A DNA stretch of 64,000 nucleotides. Origin: Candidatus Eiseniibacteriota bacterium (GTDB taxonomy: Bacteria; Eisenbacteria; RBG-16-71-46; CAVPCR01). The stretch is taken from contig CAWGMA010000001.1 in assembly GCA_963823555.1 (NCBI GenBank), positions 960,001-1,024,000 of the forward strand. Direction: 5' to 3'. The notes beneath the pieces were generated by a model, which worked only from the letters and a program-made list of their open reading frames with translations, was not told the DNA's origin and did no database searches. This document shows positions 37,868 to 47,788 of this stretch, in pieces. A program made the translations under genes and the position numbers. Each line of letters starts with the position of its first letter. Position 1 is the stretch's first letter.

Positions 37868-39289
37868 ATGGCTCTCAAGGACCGACTGGCGTTTCGCGGC
37901 AAGCCCGGCCCCGAGGACAAGAAGCCTCCGCAGACCGATGGGGCGCTCGCGCTCAACCGCGAGCGGGATCGCGGGCGCGAGGCGGCGCGCGAGCGAGACC
38001 GGGAACGCGAGCGGATGGCGGTGTTCGATCCGCTCCTCGACCGCCTGCGCGGCGCCATCCTCGAGCGTCTGAACTTCCTGCGCGTGGGGGAGATGTCGAA
38101 GGAAGACCTTCGGCGCCAGATCCGCCACGTGGTCGAGGTCCTGATCGGTGAGATGAACCTCGATCTCAACGAATCGACCCGGGCCCAGATCCTGGAGAGC
38201 ATCGAGGACGAGATGCTGGGGCTGGGACCGATCCAGCAGTTCATGCGCGATCCGATGATCTCCGACATCCTGGTCAACGGGGCCAAGCAGGTCTACATCG
38301 AGCGCTTCGGCAAGCTCGAGATGACCGATACCACGTTCCGGGACGATCAGCACGTGATGCAGATCATCGAGCGCATCGTGTCGCAGGTCGGCCGGCACAT
38401 CGACGAGTCGTCGCCGATGGTCGACGCCCGCCTCGAGGACGGCTCGCGCGTGAACGCGATCATTCCCCCGCTGGCGCTCGACGGGCCGATGCTCTCGATC
38501 CGCCGGTTCGGCACCCGCACCTTCGACATGGAGGATCTGCTCGAGTTCGGAACCCTGACCCGCCCGATCGCCGAGTTCCTGCAGGGAGCCGTGCGGGCGC
38601 GCGTCAACATCCTGATCTCGGGCGGCACCGGGTCCGGAAAGACGACGCTCCTGAACGCGCTGTCGGCCTTCGTTCCGGCCGACGAGCGCATCGTCACCAT
38701 CGAGGACTCGGCCGAGCTCCAGCTCCTGCAGCCGCACGTCGTCCGCCTCGAGACCCGGCCGCCCAACATCGAAGGCCGGGGGCGGGTCACGCAGCGCGAT
38801 CTCGTTCGCAACGCGCTCCGCATGCGTCCCGACCGCATCATCGTCGGTGAGGTCCGTGGCGACGAAGCGCTCGACATGATGCAGGCGATGAACACCGGCC
38901 ACGACGGCTCGATCACCACCATGCACGCCAACTCGACCCGCGACGCCCTCTCCCGTCTCGAGACGCTGGTCATGCTCTCCGGCTTCCAGATCCCCGACCG
39001 CGCCATCCGCGAGCAGGTGGCTTCCGCGCTCGAGCTCCTGGTCCACGTCAGCCGCATGTCGGATGGCACCCGCCGCTTGACCAACGTGAGCGAGGTCGTG
39101 GGTATGGAGGGTGACGTCGTGACCACGCAGGACATCTTCGCCTTCCACAAGCAGGGGGTGGGGGAGGACGGCAAGGTACTGGGCCGGCATCTGGCGCTCG
39201 GCGTGCGGCCGGTCCTGATGGAGCGACTCAAGACCGCCGGCGTGCATCTCGATCCCGAGATGTTCGCCCATCCGGATGAGGTGCGCTGA
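37868..39289 (+). CDS. cpaF: Tad assembly ATPase CpaF/TadA
   Basis: GLGPI, ISGGTGSGKTT, TIEDSAEL, LRMRPDRIIVGEVRG, AMNTGHDGS. Confidence 0.97.
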   Translation: MALKDRLAFRGKPGPEDKKPPQTDGALALNRERDRGREAARERDRERERMAVFDPLLDRLRGAILERLNFLRVGEMSKEDLRRQIRHVVEVLIGEMNLDLNESTRAQILESIEDEMLGLGPIQQFMRDPMISDILVNGAKQVYIERFGKLEMTDTTFRDDQHVMQIIERIVSQVGRHIDESSPMVDARLEDGSRVNAIIPPLALDGPMLSIRRFGTRTFDMEDLLEFGTLTRPIAEFLQGAVRARVNILISGGTGSGKTTLLNALSAFVPADERIVTIEDSAELQLLQPHVVRLETRPPNIEGRGRVTQRDLVRNALRMRPDRIIVGEVRGDEALDMMQAMNTGHDGSITTMHANSTRDALSRLETLVMLSGFQIPDRAIREQVASALELLVHVSRMSDGTRRLTNVSEVVGMEGDVVTTQDIFAFHKQGVGEDGKVLGRHLALGVRPVLMERLKTAGVHLDPEMFAHPDEVR

Positions 39290-40245
39290 TGTTCTTCATT
39301 CTCACCGGGGCGCTGGCCTTCCTGGCCATTGTCTTCCTGACGATCGGGTTCTCCTCGTTCGGCAAGAACCAGCGGGAGGAGGCCATCCGGCGCCGCCTGG
39401 CGCTGGGGGACGGGCCGGTCGACGCCCTCGATTCCTCGATCTTCCGCGCCGATCAGATGAGCTCGATCGGGGCCGTCAACCGGATCCTGAATCAGCTGCA
39501 CATCGCCCGGCGGGCCGGAAGCCTGCTGACGCAGGCCGGGATGTCCATGAAGGTGAGCGTCTTCTTCTTCCTGAGCCTGGTCTCGGGGGTCATCGCCGGC
39601 TATGTCGCGATGCTCTTCCTGCATGAGTTCTCGCTCGCGCTTCTCGTCTTCGTCGCGGCGGGTCTCATTCCACTGGTCGTCGTGCTGGGCAAGCGGGCGC
39701 GCCGGATGAAGCTCTTCAGCGAGCAGTTCCCGGATGCGCTGGACATGATCGTCAATGCCCTCAGGGCGGGCTTCGCCCTCGGCGGGGCGATCCAGATGGT
39801 GGCCGAAGAGGCGCCGGAGCCGGTGGCCACCGAGTTCCGCATCCTCTTCGAGGAGCAGAAGCTCGGGCTCGACATCCGGCAGGCCATGGTCAACTTCTCC
39901 GACCGCAACGCCTCGACGGATGCGGCGATCTTCGCCACGGCGATCATGATCCAGCGGGATACGGGCGGCAACCTGGCCGAGGTGCTGGAGAAGATCGCCT
40001 ATGTGATCCGCGATCGCTTCCGCATCCTGGGCGATGTCCGGACCTTCACGGCACAGGGGCGACTGTCGGGGTTCATCCTCGCCCTGCTGCCGATCTTCCT
40101 CGGCATCGCGATCTCGATCATCAGCCCCGGCTACATGGATCACCTGTTCGAGGATCCGATGGGCTCGGTGCTGATCACGACGGCGGTGATCCTTCAGGTC
40201 GTGGGTTTCCTCACCATCCGGAAGATCGTCAACTTCAAGGTCTAG
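39289..40245 (+). CDS. tadB: TadB (T2SSF-family inner-membrane protein)
   Basis: QFPDALD.IV.ALRAG, IQRDTGGNLAEVL, TAQGRLS. Confidence 0.93.
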   Translation: MFFILTGALAFLAIVFLTIGFSSFGKNQREEAIRRRLALGDGPVDALDSSIFRADQMSSIGAVNRILNQLHIARRAGSLLTQAGMSMKVSVFFFLSLVSGVIAGYVAMLFLHEFSLALLVFVAAGLIPLVVVLGKRARRMKLFSEQFPDALDMIVNALRAGFALGGAIQMVAEEAPEPVATEFRILFEEQKLGLDIRQAMVNFSDRNASTDAAIFATAIMIQRDTGGNLAEVLEKIAYVIRDRFRILGDVRTFTAQGRLSGFILALLPIFLGIAISIISPGYMDHLFEDPMGSVLITTAVILQVVGFLTIRKIVNFKV

Positions 40246-40267
40246 AGCCGGAGCGCGGGAGCAAACC

Positions 40268-41193
40268 ATGAATCTCGTCTTGAGTCTGGCCTTCCTCGCC
40301 ACCGCCTTCCTCTTGGCGGCGGTGGCCACCCGCTCGCTGATGGTGCGGCGGAGCGCCACTGTCGAGCGGCGTTTGCGCGAGATCGCGCCGGGCGCCGATG
40401 GTGAGGGGGGGCGCCGCTCAGGGAGCCCGCCGGGCCCCTGACGCGGCTCCTCATGTTTGCCGCCACCTTCATGCCGGGCTCGCTCCGGGGGCGGGGCCTC
40501 CGCGAACAGCTCGCCGGCGCCGGGTTCTACAACATCGATGCCGTGCCCATGTTCGTCGGCTCGAAGCTGGTGGGAGCCGCGGTGGCGGCTCTCCTCTGCT
40601 ACGAGATCGGCGTGCTCCTGCACCACGCGCCATCCCAGCAGGCGCTCTACGGCCTCATGGGCGGTGTCGCCGGTTTCCTGGCCCCCTCGATCTGGGTGTG
40701 GTCGCGGGCCACGAGCCGGCGCGAGGCCATTCGCCTTGCGCTCCCCGACGCGCTCGATCTCCTCGTGGTCTGTGTCGAGGCGGGACTCGGCCTCAACGCC
40801 GCGCTCGTGCGTGTGGGCCGGGAGCTGCGCTGGAACTGCCGCCCGCTCTCCGAGGAGCTGGCGCTCATCAACCAGGAGATGCGGGCCGGCTTGCCGCGCA
40901 ACGTGGCGCTACGCAACTTCGCCGGCCGGGTGCCGGTCCCGGATATCCAGTCGCTGGTGGCGATGTTCGTCCAGACCGACCGCTTGGGCACGTCGATCGC
41001 GCGCTCGCTCCGTGTGCACGCCGATTCCTTGCGCACCAAGCGCCGGCAGCGCGCCGAGGAGAAGGCCCGGGCGGCGACGATCAAGCTCATCTTCCCGCTC
41101 GTGTTCTTCATCTTCCCGGAACTCCTGGTCGTGATCCTGGGACCGGCCGGCATCCGGCTCTGGAACACGCTCCGGGAAGTGGTCGACAAGTAG
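40268..41193 (+). CDS. tadC: TadC; split by a -1 frameshift, probably in the G7 run at 40405-40411
   Basis: N-terminal TM from ATG 40268 stops at 40439; the downstream frame has LPDALDLLVVCVEAGLGL, QTDRLGTSI, RRQRAEEKA, KLIFPL. Confidence 0.88.
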
Positions 41194-41270
41194 TGAAGGT
41201 CGTGGTGCTCGGCCGCGAGACATCGCGAGCCGGGCGCTCCGGCGCCAGGGCGCCGGCGGAGGCTGCAACG

Positions 41271-41693
41271 ATGCTCAAGCGCAAGCCAGGTCTCGCAAGT
41301 ATTCGCACCCGGATCGGCGGGGCGAGGGGCAACGCCATGATCGAGCTCGCGCTCCTCCTGCCGCTCCTCCTTCTCGTGCTCTTCGGGATCACCGAGGTCG
41401 GGCGCGCGATCGCGACCACGGCCACGCTCAACGCCGCCGCCCGGGAGGGAGCGCGCATCGCCGCGGTCACCGCCCCGAACGTCGCTGCCGTGAACACCCG
41501 GATCAACGAGGTGCTGGCCGCGGCCGCGGTCACGCCGAGCTCGATCACGGTCGAAGGGCCGGTCGGGACCTCGGAGCAGACGGTCACGGTCACCGTGCGT
41601 TCAGACTTCGATGTGCTCTCCGGCACCATTCTCGACTCCTTCGCGGGCACCATCACGCTTCGCGGCGTGGCGGTCATGCGCCACGAGAGCTAA
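41271..41693 (+). CDS. tadE: TadE-like pseudopilin
   Basis: SD GGAGG; RG/NAMIELALLLPLLLLVLFGI.E...AAREGAR. Confidence 0.9.
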   Translation: MLKRKPGLASIRTRIGGARGNAMIELALLLPLLLLVLFGITEVGRAIATTATLNAAAREGARIAAVTAPNVAAVNTRINEVLAAAAVTPSSITVEGPVGTSEQTVTVTVRSDFDVLSGTILDSFAGTITLRGVAVMRHES

Positions 41694-41761
41694 CCGGCCG
41701 TACACGGGCCGGTGCCCACGATCCCGGCCCGTCCAGTTCGCGCCAGAGTGATGAGGACGCC

Positions 41762-43009
41762 ATGAACGAGAACCAGGCAAGGGAAAGACAGACGGGAGCC
41801 GGCGCTCCCGCCGGTGCCCATCCGAGCAAGCAACGCCCCGGCGATCGCTCCCGGCGCGAGCGGGGGGCGATCATCGTCCTCATCGCGCTCTCGCTCGGCG
41901 TTTGCATGGCCTTCTCGGTCCTCGCCATCGACATCGGCCTCATGCTGCTCACGCGGACGCAGTTGCAGAACGCCGCCGATGCCGCGGCGCTCGCCGGCGT
42001 CTCCGCACTCCGGGACGGCAACCAGGTCGTGGCCACCCAGCGGGCGATCGCGGTGGCCGGACAGAACATGGCCTGGCAGGACGGCATGGAGCCGGTCGTC
42101 ATCAACGACGCCGACGTCACCTTTCCCGATTCCAGGCGTTGCCGCGTGACCACGCATCGGACCCACGACACCGGGGATCCGCTTCGCACCTTCTTCGTGC
42201 GGGTGCTCGATGCCGGGAACGATCGGCAGGCCGACGTGACGGCAGTCGCCGAGGCCGAGTACTACTTCATCTGCGGGACGGGTTGCCTGAAGCCGTGGTC
42301 GATCCCCGATCGCTGGGACGACACCGATGGCGACGGCGAGTACGATGGCGAGGAGCCCTACGACGACGTCAACGGCAACGACCAGTGGGATCCCGGGGAG
42401 CCGTTCACCGATCGCAACGGCAACGGCCAGTGGGATCCGGAAGAACCCTACGACCCGGTGGGGACCGGCTATCAGCCCCCGGGCGACGTCGGCCTCCAGA
42501 TCGGGCTCAAGATCGGGAACCCGCACGAGGTCATCACGCCGGGCTTCTTCCATGCCGTGGATTTCCCGCCGCTCCACAGCCCTTACGGCGCGCCGGAGTC
42601 GGGCGCCAGCATCTATCGCTGGAACATCGCCAACTGCTCGCCGTACTCGATCGAGGTGGGCGATACCCTCGTCGTCGAGCCCGGGAACATGCAGGGGCCC
42701 ACGCGCCAGGGCGCCCAGGATCTCATCGACGAGGATCCCGGGGCCTACTGGGACAACGCGAGCGGCACGGTCGAGGGATCCGCTTATGCGGAGAGCCCGC
42801 GCATCGTGAAGATCCCGTTCTTCTCGCCGTCCTCGACTCCCGATCCCGGCCGCCAGTACGTGGTCATCGCCAAGGTCGGCGCCTTCTTCATCGAGAGCGT
42901 GCAAGGAAACGGGACCGTGAACGGGCGCTTCATGGATCTCTCGACGACGGGGACCGGGTGCGAGCCGGGGCAGACCGGCTTCCTCTACGGCTACCGTCTC
43001 GTCGAGTAG
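41762..43009 (+). CDS. tadG: TadG-like pilus-associated protein with DxDGD/DxNGN repeats
   Basis: ERG/AIIVL..., AIDIG......TQLQNAADAAALAG. Confidence 0.85.
   Translation: MNENQARERQTGAGAPAGAHPSKQRPGDRSRRERGAIIVLIALSLGVCMAFSVLAIDIGLMLLTRTQLQNAADAAALAGVSALRDGNQVVATQRAIAVAGQNMAWQDGMEPVVINDADVTFPDSRRCRVTTHRTHDTGDPLRTFFVRVLDAGNDRQADVTAVAEAEYYFICGTGCLKPWSIPDRWDDTDGDGEYDGEEPYDDVNGNDQWDPGEPFTDRNGNGQWDPEEPYDPVGTGYQPPGDVGLQIGLKIGNPHEVITPGFFHAVDFPPLHSPYGAPESGASIYRWNIANCSPYSIEVGDTLVVEPGNMQGPTRQGAQDLIDEDPGAYWDNASGTVEGSAYAESPRIVKIPFFSPSSTPDPGRQYVVIAKVGAFFIESVQGNGTVNGRFMDLSTTGTGCEPGQTGFLYGYRLVE
42314..42454 (+). repeat. Three 45-nt (15-aa) coding repeats, putative Ca-binding loops
   Basis: WDDTDGDGEYDGEEP / YDDVNGNDQWDPGEP / FTDRNGNGQWDPEEP. 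Confidence 0.85.
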
Positions 43010-43092
43010 CCCCGGCGGCACGGTCGGCAAGGCATGGCGCGGGTCTTCGGGCCCGCGCTTTGCATTTGCGTCGCAGTTTCCCGTCGGGGTCG

Positions 43093-44547
43093 TTACAGGG
43101 GCAGCCGGAGCAGGGCCTCGTCGTGGTAGACGACGGGGTAGCGTTCCTTGAGACTCGTGATGAGGGTCCTGTAACGCGCCTCCTCCCGCTCCTGGACGAG
43201 GTCGCGGCGCGCCTTCTCTTCCATCTCCGTGGCGGGGAGCGGCGCTCCATCCGGAGCCCGGAACCGCTCGGGATGAGCGGCGGCGTGGGAGCGGATCTCC
43301 TCGGCGCTCGGCGGCTCGGGCAGCATGACCTCGGCCTGGTACATCCTCTGGATGAGAGCCCGCTCGCGAATCCGCTCGAGCTCGGGAGCAAAGCCGGTCA
43401 TCTCGAGGTAACCGCGCTCGCGGGCCAGGTCGGAGTAGGCGTGGTGGCGGAAGTACTGATCGAGATCGCGGTCGACGCGGTCGCGCTCGGTGCGCGTGAT
43501 CACGGTCTGTTGCGGCTGATCGGCCATGTAGTCCGAGTAGTCGCCGATCGTGAAGCGGCCGCCGTCATAGGTGAAGATCGCGAGCTCGCGCTCGGGCGTC
43601 GTGAAGCCGAAGCGGTCCCGGCCCGGCCCGGTCGCTGCATCCGGCGCGCCGGCTGCCTCCCACTCCTGCATGCGGGTGAGGAAGAGCGCGACGACCGAGT
43701 CATGGACCGTGAAATGGAGGCGGGACTTCATCTCGGGCAGGAAGGCGCGCTGGCCCTGGCTGAACATGGCTTCGGCGTAGGCGCGGCGCACCACGGTATC
43801 GAGCGAATCGCGCGGGGCGGGGTCGGGAGTGATCGAATCGAGGCGAACCAGATGCCAGCGCTCGGACGCCGGGAAGGGCCCGCCGACCTGACCCGGCTCG
43901 AGCGCAAAGGCGACTTCCTCGAAGGCCGGAGGCATGGCGCCCCAGCTCACAGGAGGCAGCTCGCCCCCGGCGGCGGCGGTCTGCGAGTCGAGCGAATGGG
44001 CACGCGCGAGATCGGCGAAGGACTCGCCGGCGGTGATCCGGGCGAGGAGCGAATCCGCACCGCTCTCGGATGCGGTGGCGATGTGTCGCAGATGCAGGAT
44101 CTGCGAGCGCCGCCGCACGGCCTCGGCCACGGCCGCTTCGTCGAGGACGATCTTCTCCCGGATCTCTATGTCCTCGAGGGCGGCGATCAGGCGATCCCGT
44201 TCGAGCCGGTCGAGCTGGCGGCGGAGCGCCTCATCCTCGTAGCCGCGGGCCTCCGCTTCGAGGACCAGGAGCTTGGCCTGCACGATGGGCTCGATCAGCT
44301 GCTTCCGATCGGCCAGGGCGTCCCCGCTCGGCTTCGCGAGCTCCAGGCGATCGGTGTGCACGAGGAGGTCGGCGGCCGTGATGGGGCGGGGGCCGACCTC
44401 GACGACGACCGTCTCCCGGTTGACATCGGCCTGGCCGACCCCGACGAGAGCGGCCGAGGCCATGGCCACGAGGGTCACGGCGACCCCGGCCAGGGCACCG
44501 CCAGGCACGGTCCGGGCGCCGGATCGTGCGGGCTCGATTCGGGGCAT
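43093..44547 (-). CDS. Parvulin-type peptidyl-prolyl isomerase (SurA/PrsA-like foldase)
   Basis: Signal peptide; LRHI, GESFADLARAHSLD..TA..GGEL, FEEVAFAL.PGQV.GP......WHLV. Confidence 0.85.
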   Translation of the reverse strand: MPRIEPARSGARTVPGGALAGVAVTLVAMASAALVGVGQADVNRETVVVEVGPRPITAADLLVHTDRLELAKPSGDALADRKQLIEPIVQAKLLVLEAEARGYEDEALRRQLDRLERDRLIAALEDIEIREKIVLDEAAVAEAVRRRSQILHLRHIATASESGADSLLARITAGESFADLARAHSLDSQTAAAGGELPPVSWGAMPPAFEEVAFALEPGQVGGPFPASERWHLVRLDSITPDPAPRDSLDTVVRRAYAEAMFSQGQRAFLPEMKSRLHFTVHDSVVALFLTRMQEWEAAGAPDAATGPGRDRFGFTTPERELAIFTYDGGRFTIGDYSDYMADQPQQTVITRTERDRVDRDLDQYFRHHAYSDLARERGYLEMTGFAPELERIRERALIQRMYQAEVMLPEPPSAEEIRSHAAAHPERFRAPDGAPLPATEMEEKARRDLVQEREEARYRTLITSLKERYPVVYHDEALLRLPL

Positions 44548-44701
44548 GTCCTTCCTTTCCGGTCGTTGCCAGGGGGCCCGAAGGCCCGGGACCGAGCTTC
44601 CGGGGAGGGTCCCCGTGGGACCCGGCAGGTCAAGCGCCCTGGACCCCGGCGAGGGCGCGGCGGGTACGCTACTTGCGAACAGCCCGGGTTTCGAGCCCGA
44701 T

Positions 44702-44729
44702 TTGCGGCCTCGCCCCGGCCCCGTATAAT
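44702..44729 (+). promoter_or_regulatory. Putative sigma70 promoter of the moxR-bat operon
   Basis: TTGCGG-N16-TATAAT. Confidence 0.6.
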
Positions 44730-44839
44730 GCCAGGCCACCCCCGGTGCCCGTCGCGCCGGGGCGTGGTTTTGAAACCCATCCCGCGCCGTGACCTTAGAA
44801 CCTCCGGGCACTGCCCCGGAGCGGGGAGAAGAGGAGAGC

Positions 44840-45826
44840 ATGGAGGCCGGAATCCAGGTCATCAACGAGCGCGTACGGGCCGAGAGCGCTTTCGTCCAGG
44901 ATCTGCTCGGCGGAGTCGGGCAGGTCATCGTCGGCCAGCGAGCCATGGTCGAGCGGCTCCTGATCGGGCTTCTGACCGGGGGACATGTGCTCCTGGAGGG
45001 AGTGCCCGGTCTCGCCAAGACGCTTGCAGTGCGCACGCTCGCCCAGCTCGTCCAGGCCAAGTTCTCGCGTATCCAGTTCACTCCCGATCTCCTGCCCGCC
45101 GATCTCACCGGGACCATGATCTACAACCCTCGTGAGGCGACTTTCTCGCCGCGCCTGGGCCCGATCTTCGCGAACCTCATCCTTGCCGACGAGATCAACC
45201 GGGCGCCGGCCAAGGTGCAGTCGGCCCTGCTCGAAGCGATGCAGGAGCACCAGGTGACGATCGGAGAGCGTTCCTACCCTCTCGATGATCCCTTCCTCGT
45301 GCTCGCGACACAGAATCCGATCGAGCAAGAGGGGACGTATCCCCTCCCCGAGGCCCAGGTCGACCGCTTCATGCTCAAGATCAAGGTGACCTATCCATCG
45401 CCGGAGGAAGAGCGACAGATCCTCGATCGCATGACCGGCGCTCCGATCCCCGCCCCCAAACCGGTGGTGGATCCGGCCGCCATCCTGCGCGCCCGCGAGG
45501 CGGCGGCATCGGTCTATGTCGATGAGAAGATCAAGGACTACGTGATTCACATTGTCTTTGCGACCCGCGAGCCGGAGCGCTATGGGCTCGATCTGAAGCC
45601 GTTGATTGCCTATGGCGCGTCGCCGCGGGCCACGATCTACCTGACGCAGGCGGCCAAGGCTCATGCCTTCCTGCGCGGGCGAGGCTATGTGACCCCCGAG
45701 GACGTCAAGGCGATCGCTCTCGATGTCTTGCGCCATCGAGTCATCGTCACCTACGAGGCCGAGGCCGAGGAGGTCACGGCCGAGGACATCGCCCGCCGCG
45801 TGCTCGATCGGGTCGAGGTCCCGTAG
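44840..45826 (+). CDS. moxR: MoxR-family AAA+ ATPase
   Basis: LEGVPGLAKT, RIQFTPDLLPAD, LADEINRAPAKVQSALLEAMQE, ATQNPIEQEGTYPLPEAQ.DRF. Confidence 0.96.
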   Translation: MEAGIQVINERVRAESAFVQDLLGGVGQVIVGQRAMVERLLIGLLTGGHVLLEGVPGLAKTLAVRTLAQLVQAKFSRIQFTPDLLPADLTGTMIYNPREATFSPRLGPIFANLILADEINRAPAKVQSALLEAMQEHQVTIGERSYPLDDPFLVLATQNPIEQEGTYPLPEAQVDRFMLKIKVTYPSPEEERQILDRMTGAPIPAPKPVVDPAAILRAREAAASVYVDEKIKDYVIHIVFATREPERYGLDLKPLIAYGASPRATIYLTQAAKAHAFLRGRGYVTPEDVKAIALDVLRHRVIVTYEAEAEEVTAEDIARRVLDRVEVP

Positions 45827-45854
45827 GCTCGAACGGCGCCGACGCCACGATCCC

Positions 45855-46748
45855 ATGATTCCACGCGACATCATCCGCAAGGTGAGACGGCTCGAGATAT
45901 CGACCCGACATCTTGTGAACGACGTCTTCGCCGGCCAGTACCACTCCGTGTTCAAGGGCCGGGGGATGGAGTTCAACGAAGTCCGGCAGTACCAGCCCGG
46001 GGACGATATCCGGACCATCGACTGGAACGTCACGGCGCGCACGGGCGATCCGCATGTGAAGCGCTATGTCGAGGAGCGCGACCTGACCGTGATGCTCCTC
46101 GTCGATCTATCGCGCTCGCAGGCCTTCGGCACCCGCTCGCAGCGCAAGAACGAGGTGGCGGCCGAGCTGTGCGCGTTGCTCGCGTTCGTCGCCATCCGCA
46201 ACAACGACCGAGTTGGATTCCTTTCCTTCACCGACCAGGTCGAACAATTCATCCCGCCGGCCAAGGGCCGCCAGCACGGTCTGCGCGTGATCCGGGAGGT
46301 CCTGGCCGCGGCTCCGGAGCGCACCGGCACCGACCTGAACGTGGCCCTGGAGCGCATCGGGCGCGTGCTCAAACGGCGTGCCGTCGTCTTCGTCATCTCG
46401 GACTTCATGGCCCCGGATTTTGCGAGTGCGTTCCGGACCGCCTCCCGGCGCCACGACATCGTCGGCATGCGGCTCATCGATCCGCGCGAGCGGGAACTCC
46501 CCGCCGTGGGTTTGTGCCTGGTCGAGGATCTGGAGACCGGAGAGCGGATGTGGATCGATACCGCGAACCGGCGGGCGCGCAGCGCCTACGAGAACGCGGC
46601 GCGGGCGCGTGAGGAGCGGACCCGCCGTCTGTTCGCCGCGAGCGGCAGCGATCTGGTCGAGATCCCGGTGGATGCAGACGGCGCCTATGTCGGTCCACTC
46701 ATCCGATTCTTCGGACGGCGTGCGGCGCGCGTGAGGCAGGGACGTTGA
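45855..46748 (+). CDS. DUF58 domain protein
   Basis: G.YHSVFKGRGMEF.EVRQYQPGDDIR.IDWNVTAR. Confidence 0.93.
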   Translation: MIPRDIIRKVRRLEISTRHLVNDVFAGQYHSVFKGRGMEFNEVRQYQPGDDIRTIDWNVTARTGDPHVKRYVEERDLTVMLLVDLSRSQAFGTRSQRKNEVAAELCALLAFVAIRNNDRVGFLSFTDQVEQFIPPAKGRQHGLRVIREVLAAAPERTGTDLNVALERIGRVLKRRAVVFVISDFMAPDFASAFRTASRRHDIVGMRLIDPRERELPAVGLCLVEDLETGERMWIDTANRRARSAYENAARAREERTRRLFAASGSDLVEIPVDADGAYVGPLIRFFGRRAARVRQGR

Positions 46749-47788
46749 GAGTCCGGTTCGCCATACTGGCGGCCGTCGCCACAGGGGTCATCGTGGCGGC
46801 GACCATCGCCGCTCAGACAGCGGGGACGGGGCTTCGCATCGAAGCCGACCACGGCCGCTTCCAGGTCGGCGAGCCGGTGCGGCTCCGTCTCTCGGTGGAG
46901 GCTCCGCCGGGCACGGAGGTCCTGTGGCCCGGAGCGGGCGCGGTGCTCGGGCCGTTCGAGTTCCTCGCGCACGAGGTGTTGCCTCCCGACACGCTGGCGG
47001 CCGATCGCGTGCGACAGGCCGCTGATCTCACCGTCACCGCGTTTGCACGCGGCGAGGTCACGCTGCCCCCGCAATCGGTGACCCTCAGGCTGCCTGACGG
47101 AAAGGTGGTGACCGCGGTTTCGGATAGCCTCACCCTCGGCATCGAGAGCGTGCTCCCGGACTCCGCGGCCGGCCTCGATTCGCTGGACATTCGCCCCCTG
47201 AAGGCTCAGGTCGAGCTTCCAGGAGCAGGGCGGCGGCGACTCCTGATGGCGCTCGGCCTCCTCGCCCTGGCCTTGCTCCTCCTGATCGGGATCCTCGCGT
47301 GGCGCCGCCGCCGCCGGCGGATCATGGCCGTTGCCGCGCCCCCGCCCGACCCGAGGCCGGCGGATGTGATCGCGCTCAGCGATCTCGAGGCGTTGCGTGC
47401 GGCCGGTCTGGCCCGCGCCGGCCGGCTGAAGGAGCACTACACCCGCCTGACCGATATCCTCCGTCCCTATCTCGAACGTCGCTTCGGCATTCCGGCCGTG
47501 GATTCGACCACGAGCGAGATCCTGGCGGCGCTCGGCGGCGCGACCGGTCGCGCCGAGGCGGGAATGCGGCCGGAGACCATGGCCGAGCTCGAGGAGCTGC
47601 TGGGGGGAGCCGACCTCGTCAAGTTCGCGCGCCATCGTCCGCCGGCCGCGGTGGCCGAAGGCGAGATCGATCGAGCTGCCGACTTCGTCAAGACCACGGC
47701 AAGCCGGCCCGAGCTGGCCCCGAATGCGGCCGCTGGAAGCGGGGTCCCCGCCGGGGCTGCGGTCGCGAGCGCGGAGGAATCGCGATGA
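46745..47788 (+). CDS. Bat-operon membrane protein (BatD-like N-terminal Ig domain)
   Basis: Signal peptide, Ig-like region, DIRPLK, TM + RRRRRR, TTSEIL, ADLVKFAR; usual position between DUF58 and batA. Confidence 0.78.
   Translation: MRVRFAILAAVATGVIVAATIAAQTAGTGLRIEADHGRFQVGEPVRLRLSVEAPPGTEVLWPGAGAVLGPFEFLAHEVLPPDTLAADRVRQAADLTVTAFARGEVTLPPQSVTLRLPDGKVVTAVSDSLTLGIESVLPDSAAGLDSLDIRPLKAQVELPGAGRRRLLMALGLLALALLLLIGILAWRRRRRRIMAVAAPPPDPRPADVIALSDLEALRAAGLARAGRLKEHYTRLTDILRPYLERRFGIPAVDSTTSEILAALGGATGRAEAGMRPETMAELEELLGGADLVKFARHRPPAAVAEGEIDRAADFVKTTASRPELAPNAAAGSGVPAGAAVASAEESR

Noticed and set aside
29664..39271. Long antisense ORFs (876 aa at 29664-32294, 957 aa at 36398-39271; similar ones at 2132, 7167, 13707 and 47467)
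   Set aside because: Shadow ORFs opposite well-supported genes, expected from GC3 bias; no SD or motifs.
41902..45135. 1077-aa plus-strand ORF
   Set aside because: It is an off-frame of tadG, antisense to the PPIase gene and an off-frame of moxR; Arg/Gly/Ala-rich with no motifs, a high-GC artefact.
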